Source of the DNA: a virus
IMG/VR virus record: IMGVR_UViG_3300031521_000029
Coordinates: 38,171 to 102,170 of that record
Strand: one strand, 5' to 3'
DNA: 64,000 bases
In this document: positions 47,196 through 55,319 of the stretch, in pieces
Layout of the letters: each line of letters begins with the position of its first letter
Position numbering within the stretch: the first letter of the stretch is position 1
Made by a program: the position numbers and the translations under genes
Notes under the pieces: generated by a model
The model's input: only the letters and a program-made list of their open reading frames with translations
Told to the model about the DNA's origin: nothing
Database searches by the model: none

Positions 47196-47196
47196 A

Positions 47197-48519
47197 TTAT
47201 TTACTATTTTGATGTCCGACCGCATTAAAGAAGAGAGTTTTAGATTCTTCATAATGTTGTTCAGTCATCACATTATAAAACAGTTTGTTAGGATTCAACC
47301 TATTTTCTGCTTTAAGTTTTTTATATCTTTCAATTGCCTTTGGTTTCCACCAATCCACGATGGCTTTGGTATCCTCTTTAAATAGAGGCTTCATCACTAA
47401 TTTATCCTCAGTAATTTTATTACATAAAAATTCTCTGGTATTTTCATAGAAACACGAATAATACGCACCACGTTCAAATCCATGCATATAATCTGTCTGT
47501 TTAATCCCACACGCCTTAAATATCATGGCCAAAACCCTATTCTTTGCGCCTGTGACTGGGCCTGACACGCCTTCTTTCTGTGTCATAGCTTTGTCATATT
47601 CCTCCTTCATGTGTTGTTTTAACCAACCATGCCAGTTAGAATATCCCTTTTCATAAGGTTTTATAGCAATCTTACCCTTGGTCATACCGACAGGCTTCCA
47701 CCACTTTAAACTATTATACATTGAAAACCCACCATACAAACTTGTAGTTGTCATACCAACCAACTTGCCAGGATTAGCTTCAGCAGTTATTCCTGGATGT
47801 TCCCATTCGTTTCTTACAACTCCTGAGGTTACTAACGCGGCTACGAGTTTTCCACCAAGAAAGTTACTACCAAATGGTTGAGTTGGAACGATTGTCGTAC
47901 CAATAGCAGAATGTTTTAACATTTTGTTTTTCAGTTTATTTTCAGGTGTCCAGCCAATAAACTTATCTCTATCGGATATAGAAATAACATCACTGGCAAT
48001 AGAACATATTCCTAAAACCTTATTTGTTACTTCATCTACCATTAGAAACTTAATAAATCTTCCTGGAGCCTGATTATATTCAGCGCTACTACAATAATAT
48101 CGTAATGTTGTCCACAATCTTTCCAAATATTCATTATTTACAACTATTGCCTTTGGTTGTAAATTAATAATTTCTTTAATGGTCAACTCTTCATCATTTA
48201 TATCCGTAGGACTCCATATAGTGGCTTTAGCTTGATTAGCAAATTCTTTAATAAAATTGGTAAGCAACTGCATCTCTTCCCATTTCTTACGAAATGTAAA
48301 TTCTTCGACAGACAAACTAGATAACCAATTTAAATCCGCTATTACTATCTTTTTATTATCATCAACATCAAAGGCGTCTTTACCAGTTCCAACCTTGAAG
48401 GCATCGTTATTTGGATACTCTCCGCCATTATAATTTTCCTTTTGTTTTACTTCAAAGGCCTTTTTCTTAACTTCTTCCGGTCTTGGTTCAAAATCGAAAA
48501 TGTTCGCAATATTAGACAT
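47197..48519 (-). CDS. Long DUF4338/DruA-like GNAT-fold protein
   Basis: APGRFIKF, RDKFIGW, IVPTQPFGSNFLGGKL, TTTSLYG..SMYN; likely start MSNIA at 48519. Confidence 0.8.
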   Translation of the reverse strand: MSNIANIFDFEPRPEEVKKKAFEVKQKENYNGGEYPNNDAFKVGTGKDAFDVDDNKKIVIADLNWLSSLSVEEFTFRKKWEEMQLLTNFIKEFANQAKATIWSPTDINDEELTIKEIINLQPKAIVVNNEYLERLWTTLRYYCSSAEYNQAPGRFIKFLMVDEVTNKVLGICSIASDVISISDRDKFIGWTPENKLKNKMLKHSAIGTTIVPTQPFGSNFLGGKLVAALVTSGVVRNEWEHPGITAEANPGKLVGMTTTSLYGGFSMYNSLKWWKPVGMTKGKIAIKPYEKGYSNWHGWLKQHMKEEYDKAMTQKEGVSGPVTGAKNRVLAMIFKACGIKQTDYMHGFERGAYYSCFYENTREFLCNKITEDKLVMKPLFKEDTKAIVDWWKPKAIERYKKLKAENRLNPNKLFYNVMTEQHYEESKTLFFNAVGHQNSK

Positions 48520-48527
48520 ATACTTAT

Positions 48528-48555
48528 ATTGTATGGTCACACTAATCAATGTCAA
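48528..48555 (-). promoter_or_regulatory. Sigma70-like promoter lying within the 5' end of the divergent gene
   Basis: TTGACA-16nt-TACAAT, 8 nt before ATG 48519. Confidence 0.7.
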
Positions 48556-49054
48556 CAGTAAAATAGTTATAAAAACCACAACACCAAGGTATTTTCATTG
48601 TTTTAAATTAAATGAATCGAATTATGCTTTATTTGATATAAAAATGGACATGCCTCTGGTAATAGGGTCGTTATCAATTATAAAATCCACAAAACTACCA
48701 ACAAATTCCACCGTATTTTATTATGAAATTGGTATGAAAGGAGGGTTTGAGAAGGGGCCGGAAAAGACAATCGAAATATCAGGCGAAGGGAAACGTCAAA
48801 AAGCGCCATTGCGATATCATTACATCGATAAAAATGTAACGACATATCACAACTTCAAAATAAATTCAGTATTATTTTCTTTATGGGATAACAATTTTAA
48901 AATGCCTATTGTGTACGGGTCGAATCAAAAAGTTCAAGCCACATTAAACCAAGTCTCAAAGGAATCGGCAATATTTTACTACCAAGAAGATATGACAGTA
49001 AAAAACTCTTTTAAATTGTTTATGACATTTGAAGGTAAAAAGTCACATTTTTAA
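48533..49054 (+). CDS. Hypothetical protein with an internal two-fold repeat
   Basis: H.FK[LI]N...[AS]L[FW]D....MP[LI]V.GS...[VI]FYY[EQ] twice; TACTTATA 4 nt before ATG 48533. Confidence 0.65.
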   Translation: MVTLINVNSKIVIKTTTPRYFHCFKLNESNYALFDIKMDMPLVIGSLSIIKSTKLPTNSTVFYYEIGMKGGFEKGPEKTIEISGEGKRQKAPLRYHYIDKNVTTYHNFKINSVLFSLWDNNFKMPIVYGSNQKVQATLNQVSKESAIFYYQEDMTVKNSFKLFMTFEGKKSHF

Positions 49055-49240
49055 TGTGATGTCAAAGTCACATTCTCTAAGTCCATCCGATAATCCTCCC
49101 ATTAAAGCAACTTCCATTTGGATATCAGTCCTATCAAGACTAATCTTTACGATGTTATTTTTCTTGGTATCAAAAATACCATACACATGTAAATCAATTA
49201 AAATAGATTTTTTAATTTTCTTTGATTTTTTCTTAAGCAT
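49043..49240 (-). CDS. Small hypothetical protein
   Basis: 65-aa ORF in operon orientation. Confidence 0.5.
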   Translation of the reverse strand: MLKKKSKKIKKSILIDLHVYGIFDTKKNNIVKISLDRTDIQMEVALMGGLSDGLRECDFDITLKM

Positions 49241-49266
49241 ATGTATGGTATTATTGACTGTTACAA

Positions 49267-49680
49267 TTATACGTTTACCGTTGATGGAGTTGTAATATTA
49301 CTGACGGGGGTTACTGTGGGCGTAACACTTGAAGATTGATTTGTGATTTCCATGACAGGCATAATTTTTGCCATTTCAATTGTGGAAATTCCTTCTGACG
49401 ATGCTTTTTCTACTACAGACTTTTTAACTGGTCTCATTGCAAATACCAATTGAGGTCTTCCTTTTCCAGAATGTTTCTGTCCAATAACTGCGACAAGATT
49501 TTCTTCAGCAATAGCTTTACTCAGTCGAACTCGAATTGTTATGTCTGATGGCTTTTCTGCTGATGTAAGCATATGACTATTTGCTGCCACCAAGTCGGTG
49601 ATGGTAAAATAGGTGTCATTCGACGGCCACGAAACAATCTGTTTCGTCTTATTCTTACGTTGTGTTTTTCTAATATTCAT
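49267..49680 (-). CDS. Winged-HTH-like DNA-binding protein
   Basis: YFTITDL...ITIRVRLSKAI...GKGRPQLVF; likely start MNIRK at 49680. Confidence 0.6.
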   Translation of the reverse strand: MNIRKTQRKNKTKQIVSWPSNDTYFTITDLVAANSHMLTSAEKPSDITIRVRLSKAIAEENLVAVIGQKHSGKGRPQLVFAMRPVKKSVVEKASSEGISTIEMAKIMPVMEITNQSSSVTPTVTPVSNITTPSTVNV

Positions 49681-49764
49681 AATTATTTTCCTTGTGTTCC
49701 TATAAATTTGGAATCTACAATCGAACACGTTACTATAAATTCCCCCATTTGTCAACCACTTTTA

Positions 49765-51858
49765 TTATTCTTTCATTAAGAATAACTTGTTCATAGTTCT
49801 AGCAATATCCATAACGTTCTGAACATCAATAAACTGTGCGTCACTACCATACATCTTATCAAACATTCCCCTATATGTCAACTGTGTATTTTTATACGAT
49901 GACAATCCACTATAACCGTCATTGCTGTCTATAAAATAGCTTAAAACCTTAACACCTCGTCTTTTAATTTTTTCTACTTGCATCTTTGTATGTAATGCTC
50001 CAGTCTCTCCACTATAATTTAAATCAGTGTGATATCGATTTGATAATGAATTTATAACATAACAAGGTTCTCCATCAGATATATTTAAAAAATAATGGTC
50101 TTGTTCGTTGGATTTTTTACCTATGATAAATTCTTCTGCTATAGACTCAAATGTCAATCCTTCAGGGGTCGAACCTGTTGCGCATAAATAAGGAAATAGA
50201 TGCCTAATTTTTGAAATTTTATCGACTTTCGAATCATAGGCCAACACAATATATGGCAATTCACTATTATTACATTTACTAAATATTGTACTTCTAAACG
50301 ATACTGATACATCTAAATTTTCTACCATCGATGCGGCAACACATATCGCTACCACACAAGTCATCGTTGGACACCATTTAGTATAAGTCTGCATAGAACC
50401 ACTAGCATCAACCGATATATGAAGCCTAAGTTTGTTGTATTTTTCAATTATTGTTCTATTAAAAATGCCTTCTAAACCTGCGCCGACATCGGCCAGTAAC
50501 CGTCTTTCTATTTTACCTGACGACTTTCTAATATACTTAATGTGGTTTTCTTCTCCACGTATTTGAAGTTTTTTTCCTAACATCTTACCTAATGAAAACC
50601 CTCGTACAACAGCATCTTCATATTCTCTTATTGGGGCATTTGTAGTTCTTGATATAAATTTATCTAGTGAAACTAAAGGAAAAATATGTTTGCCTGCATC
50701 CATTAACTTCTTTGATAACTTTTTAACAACTACAACATCCACCGATGCTCGTTCATAATCTCCAGATAATCCATATCCAGAAGGGACTAAAGAAATATCA
50801 GAGTTTTCTATAGCATCAAGAATAGTCTGTTCTTCTTTTGTTACCCTAGTTTTAATTTCTCCATACTTATGGTCAAGAACATTTCTTTGTTTGTTAAATT
50901 CATCACTTAACTCTTTAAGTTCATCGGATGAAAACTCATTTGTATCGCCCACATCATCAGGTTCATAATCTTTAAAATCATCTACATGCGAACTCTGTGA
51001 TGTACCATTTTTTTCAGAAAGTTTTTCGTGAATTTTTTGAATAGTCGAATCCGATGCCGATTTTTGTTCAGCTTGCTTTATGATATTATCCATTATTAAC
51101 TCTACGACGGCATAACTCAAATTCATTCTCTTTAACGTGGTATTTAACCGATATATGTTATCTATATCAATTAACTCAGCAATTTCACGAAGACCAGGTA
51201 AAGCATCCAAATCCGTAGCTTCATTTGTAAGATTTATAATTCTAAACTCATATGATAAAATGTTCGGAACTCTCATGATAAAAGACCGCAACGCTTTAGA
51301 TTGTATTTCATTATTCCAAAACTTCTGATATAACGATTCATAATATCCTCTATAACCAGGAGCTTCAGAAAAAACATAATTATCTATATATCTATCCTCT
51401 ATAAAATTCCAAACCCATTTACAAATGTATGCAAGTTGCTCTCCTGACACATTTTTGTCCTTTGATTTTTTCTTTAAAGTCATTGGGACTGGAATAGGAA
51501 TTTTAGAAAACGTAGAATGAAATACTTCAAAATCTGTAAGAAGAATATGCGATGCTTCGTGTAAAGCAAGTCCAACCGTCCAATCGAAGTCTTTCTTATT
51601 TTTTATGGTAGCAGAAATGTATATAGCTTTACCGTCAGTAAAACTTAACTTTGAATTTTCATCTGAATTAAACTGAACTGGAATATCCAGTCCCGTCAAA
51701 ATAATAACAAAATTAGAAACCACTCTACGATAGGTAGCAAATTGTATCAAATCCGTGGAAAATCCTTCTCCAACCGATTCATCGGTCATATATTGGTCTA
51801 ATGCCGGAGTATTTAACCAAAAATCAGAATACGTTTGTTGTTTATCTATCTCACTCAT
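49765..51858 (-). CDS. vWA + metallopeptidase-like partner of a MoxR AAA (CobT-like)
   Basis: ALHEASH, NFIEDRYI, VDASGSM (MIDAS), TPEG, ISDGEP. Confidence 0.85.
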   Translation of the reverse strand: MSEIDKQQTYSDFWLNTPALDQYMTDESVGEGFSTDLIQFATYRRVVSNFVIILTGLDIPVQFNSDENSKLSFTDGKAIYISATIKNKKDFDWTVGLALHEASHILLTDFEVFHSTFSKIPIPVPMTLKKKSKDKNVSGEQLAYICKWVWNFIEDRYIDNYVFSEAPGYRGYYESLYQKFWNNEIQSKALRSFIMRVPNILSYEFRIINLTNEATDLDALPGLREIAELIDIDNIYRLNTTLKRMNLSYAVVELIMDNIIKQAEQKSASDSTIQKIHEKLSEKNGTSQSSHVDDFKDYEPDDVGDTNEFSSDELKELSDEFNKQRNVLDHKYGEIKTRVTKEEQTILDAIENSDISLVPSGYGLSGDYERASVDVVVVKKLSKKLMDAGKHIFPLVSLDKFISRTTNAPIREYEDAVVRGFSLGKMLGKKLQIRGEENHIKYIRKSSGKIERRLLADVGAGLEGIFNRTIIEKYNKLRLHISVDASGSMQTYTKWCPTMTCVVAICVAASMVENLDVSVSFRSTIFSKCNNSELPYIVLAYDSKVDKISKIRHLFPYLCATGSTPEGLTFESIAEEFIIGKKSNEQDHYFLNISDGEPCYVINSLSNRYHTDLNYSGETGALHTKMQVEKIKRRGVKVLSYFIDSNDGYSGLSSYKNTQLTYRGMFDKMYGSDAQFIDVQNVMDIARTMNKLFLMKE

Positions 51859-51859
51859 T

Positions 51860-52813
51860 TTAGTTGAATGGAACTCTTACTTTTGTTTTTCTGACGGGGT
51901 CATTGATGGGCGACTTTACTTTTGATGCATTTAAATCAATGTATTTTTGAACAAGTTGTTTTATAAACAATCGTTCACAATCCTGACCATTGTCTTCGCT
52001 ATATAACGGATAGATAGTCATCTCCGCAATATCATTCAACGAAAATCCATCAAGTATTAATCCAGACATCTCTATAACAGAATCAGTCGTTAAGAATGTA
52101 CTAATTTTAGGATTTTCTGATTTGCAATTATTCTTAGTATCTTCTGAAATTTTTGTGATTAAATGAAATGCCTTTTTGTGTTCATCCGTGGCATCAGGGT
52201 GAATTACATTTAATAGATATTCTTCCTGTCTGGCGGTGAGAGTTTTCATCTCAATTATTACAGGAAACCGTGAAGTTAAAGCTTTATCCATCACCCTCGT
52301 TGCGGTGTATTCATTTCCTACATTTGCCGTGGCAATAAATGATACTCCATCCGCCACAGGTACTACCGACGACTCTTCCGTTTCATCAAGACGAATATAT
52401 TTTTGAGTATTGTCTAATACAGGCATTAAAATATTCCATGCGTCATGATGACCTCGGGATAATTCGTCAAGAAGAATAATTGAATTCGGCGTACTAATTG
52501 CCTTTACAAATTCAGAAGGATGAAAAGCTGTACCGGTGTCTTTTTTAAAAGTAGTATTGCCGATTAAAGTAGCTCTAGCATCTTGAGTAGAGCCAAAATT
52601 GAAAGTAAAAAATTTTCTATCGGATGCGTATACAGACGCAACAGATTTTGCCGCTTTTGTCTTGCCAGAACGTGTAGGGCCAATAAAAAGAATGTTTTTA
52701 CCTCTTAAAACGGCCCATACAAGATATTTCCATTGTAATTCCTCGATAATTAAATCGTTGGGTTTTAATGTATTACAATCAAAAAGTTGTTTTTTAATTT
52801 CGTCACTTGTCAT
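51860..52813 (-). CDS. MoxR/CbbQ/CobS-like AAA+ ATPase
   Basis: GPTRSGKT, ILLDELSR, ATANVG, MDKALTSRF. Confidence 0.9.
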   Translation of the reverse strand: MTSDEIKKQLFDCNTLKPNDLIIEELQWKYLVWAVLRGKNILFIGPTRSGKTKAAKSVASVYASDRKFFTFNFGSTQDARATLIGNTTFKKDTGTAFHPSEFVKAISTPNSIILLDELSRGHHDAWNILMPVLDNTQKYIRLDETEESSVVPVADGVSFIATANVGNEYTATRVMDKALTSRFPVIIEMKTLTARQEEYLLNVIHPDATDEHKKAFHLITKISEDTKNNCKSENPKISTFLTTDSVIEMSGLILDGFSLNDIAEMTIYPLYSEDNGQDCERLFIKQLVQKYIDLNASKVKSPINDPVRKTKVRVPFN

Positions 52814-52822
52814 TCGATAGGG

Positions 52823-52850
52823 AGTATATCACCGCCCTATAAAAAGTCAA
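52823..52850 (-). promoter_or_regulatory. Sigma70-like promoter
   Basis: TTGACT-16nt-TATACT with TGn. Confidence 0.7.
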
Positions 52851-52853
52851 GAG

Positions 52854-53696
52854 TTACTTACCCACTTGTTTTTTGATAAACTTCGGAGTCTTTTTATCAG
52901 AGATTCTTAATTCTTTATCATTTTTATGCTTTGGTGGCTTAACTTTATCAGTCTTTTTGATATCCTTGTTCTTGCCTTCTGGGTCTTTGCCTGGCTCGGT
53001 CACCTGTTTCATAGGTTGGTCTGGCATATCTTCGTCTTTTTTAACCTGTGGTTCATTGTAGTTCATGTCCTTGGTCTTGGTGTTTTTAACACTGGCATCT
53101 TCTCCATTTTTCTTTTCTCCACGATTCTTAACTGAACTATCTGGACCTGCCGATTTTGGATTTACACCTTTTTCGTCGTAATGGTCTAAAGCTTTCTTTT
53201 TAAGGTCATCCGCTTTTGTGGTCTTTTTAAGGTCACTAAAATTTGCCTTAACAAATGCTTTAACTTGTTCCCACGAAAGGGCTATCGCACGAACTCTATC
53301 AACCAACTTTACCATTGCATCGATATCGAAATTATTTTCAAATTTAGGAACAATACGAACGTATAACAAATTTTGAGCTCTAACAACCAATTGACCGTGG
53401 TCATCCCAATACGATTCCCATGTTGGGTCAATGCCATGAACAATAGTCTCAAGTTCTTTCTGTTGTTTCTCATTGTTCTTGTCTAATCGTTCATTGCCAT
53501 CCTTGGCAAATCCTTTAGAAACTTTTTCTTTTTCCTCTTTGGAAGGTTCTGGCTTCGTCACATTGGAAATTTCATTAAGAACGTTTTTGACCATCCCACG
53601 AAGAGACTCCTTCAAACGGGCCCTTGGGTCGGTTTCCTTTTTGATTTCAGAGATACATTCTCTGACAATATTTCTAAATTTGTTTACTTCGTTCAT
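52854..53696 (-). CDS. K/E-rich probable internal head protein
   Basis: IVRECISEI, RLKESLRGMVKNVLNEI; TATTTATA 5 nt before ATG. Confidence 0.55.
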   Translation of the reverse strand: MNEVNKFRNIVRECISEIKKETDPRARLKESLRGMVKNVLNEISNVTKPEPSKEEKEKVSKGFAKDGNERLDKNNEKQQKELETIVHGIDPTWESYWDDHGQLVVRAQNLLYVRIVPKFENNFDIDAMVKLVDRVRAIALSWEQVKAFVKANFSDLKKTTKADDLKKKALDHYDEKGVNPKSAGPDSSVKNRGEKKNGEDASVKNTKTKDMNYNEPQVKKDEDMPDQPMKQVTEPGKDPEGKNKDIKKTDKVKPPKHKNDKELRISDKKTPKFIKKQVGK

Positions 53697-53717
53697 AATA
53701 CTATAAATATGGTTATT

Positions 53718-54494
53718 TCAACCAAAGAAGCTAAATTCTGTTGGTCTATTGACTACTATTTCTTCTATTTCGTCTTTATAAGTATTTCCATTGGGATATG
53801 GTAAAAACTTATGTTTTAGATTCTTTAAGATTTTCTTCTTTTCGGTCTTACTTCCTAAGAGATACACATATCGATGTTTAGTCGATTCTTTCTTTCTCCA
53901 AAAAGTCTGTCTTATTTGTTTCTTTATTATCTCTACATTATGGGAACCATATAAAGATGATACCGTTCTGGAATGAATCCATTCATATGGTGGCCCCTTG
54001 AGAGATATGGAGAAGTTAGGCATCAGGGCCAACGATGAATTGCCTTGATAATAAAAATTGGCAGCTTGATAGATGGTTCCTTTATGATTCTGTTCTCCAT
54101 CTGCATAAGATATTATAGCTTTTATATGTGGAAAATCCAGTTTTACCATCCTCATAGATTCACTTATCGAATAACTTTCAATATTTTTCCCATATCCATC
54201 ATAAATAAACAATCTAGTTAACTCGAACACTTCATCAATTTTAACCAAATTGGAGATAGATTCGGCAGCAGACCTACCTACAGGTTGACCATAAATTACA
54301 CAACCAATCAATTTTTCATCAACATTTGTAAAGAATTCAGAAGTTTCGTCAGATTTGTAAAAAATGCCATAAGCGACTTGACATAACGACCATTTATGAG
54401 AATAATGATTCTTTACAATCATATCTTCCGCAAGACGTTTGGACATTTGTCTTAATGTAACTCGTTTGGAATCAAAATACTTTTCTTCTACCAT
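53718..54494 (-). CDS. Mom-family DNA modification GNAT enzyme
   Basis: IVKNHYSH, LIGCVIYG.P, FELTRL, KNIES..IS, IISYAD.EQNHKGTIYQAANF.Y.G. Confidence 0.85.
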   Translation of the reverse strand: MVEEKYFDSKRVTLRQMSKRLAEDMIVKNHYSHKWSLCQVAYGIFYKSDETSEFFTNVDEKLIGCVIYGQPVGRSAAESISNLVKIDEVFELTRLFIYDGYGKNIESYSISESMRMVKLDFPHIKAIISYADGEQNHKGTIYQAANFYYQGNSSLALMPNFSISLKGPPYEWIHSRTVSSLYGSHNVEIIKKQIRQTFWRKKESTKHRYVYLLGSKTEKKKILKNLKHKFLPYPNGNTYKDEIEEIVVNRPTEFSFFG

Positions 54495-54500
54495 ATTCCG

Positions 54501-54529
54501 ATTATAACAAAAAACAATCGTTATGTCAA
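54501..54529 (-). promoter_or_regulatory. Sigma70-like promoter
   Basis: TTGACA-17nt-TATAAT with TGn, 6 nt before ATG. Confidence 0.8.
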
Positions 54530-54861
54530 ACCATTGTTTCAGTTTCTTTTCTTAATTGAGAACCGTCTTTATAAATAATAAGCCGTATAGAAGGGTCGAT
54601 GAGCTTTATAAAATTAGATAACATTTGAGAAGGATATTTTGTTCCGTTTTGATGAATTATTCCTACTTTATATTTTTGAGTTTTACTTGTACGAAGTTTA
54701 TATAGAAGTTGTTTAAAATCAGTATATTGGTCTATATCTAAATTCATAGATTTAATTATTTCCATATCAGATTTACAACCATCTACCACGAATGCTTTCT
54801 GTCTATTACCAAACAGTTTATTGATATTTTCCATCATACTCATAACAATGTAAACCCACAA
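54526..54861 (-). CDS. Degenerate receiver (REC)-like domain protein
   Basis: KAFVVDG, KYKVGIIHQN, FIKLIDPSIRLIIY pattern; start codon uncertain. Confidence 0.4.
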   Translation of the reverse strand: MWVYIVMSMMENINKLFGNRQKAFVVDGCKSDMEIIKSMNLDIDQYTDFKQLLYKLRTSKTQKYKVGIIHQNGTKYPSQMLSNFIKLIDPSIRLIIYKDGSQLRKETETMV

Positions 54862-55239
54862 TTATATTTTTGTTTTTTCTAATTCAACAATTCTATTTTT
54901 ATAAGTATCAACCAAACTCTCTAAAGTATGAACTTGTTCAGTTAGAGAAATTCTCAATTGGCTGGCAGAATCCAATTGTTTTCTTACTTCTGACAATTCA
55001 CTGGCTTGTTGTCTTAATTCTTTACGAAGGTCAGCATTTTCCTGACGAACCTTATCTAGTTCTTCCCATATTTCAGAACGCATTTTCTCTTCGGCCAATC
55101 GAACTTGTTCAATGGCCTGACTCTGTACATCTGCCAATACTCTGGCATTTTCTGCTCTAGCTTTTTTACTAGAAACAATGTATGTTAACACTGCGGCTAC
55201 CAGCGGCGGAATGATGCTTAATATAGTTCCGTCTATCAT
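54862..55239 (-). CDS. N-terminal TM + coiled-coil protein
   Basis: ILSIIPPLVAAVLTYIV followed by ~90 aa of heptads. Confidence 0.7.
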   Translation of the reverse strand: MIDGTILSIIPPLVAAVLTYIVSSKKARAENARVLADVQSQAIEQVRLAEEKMRSEIWEELDKVRQENADLRKELRQQASELSEVRKQLDSASQLRISLTEQVHTLESLVDTYKNRIVELEKTKI

Positions 55240-55319
55240 AATGTTTTAAAATAGGTTATACTTGATAATATATATAAAAAATATAACCTAGAATTAAAAA
55301 GTTTTATCAAAACTTACAA

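Noticed and set aside
44878-48519. Druantia defence system
   Set aside because: Only DruA-like domains are present. There is no large DruE helicase or other Dru genes, and the context is a phage replication region.
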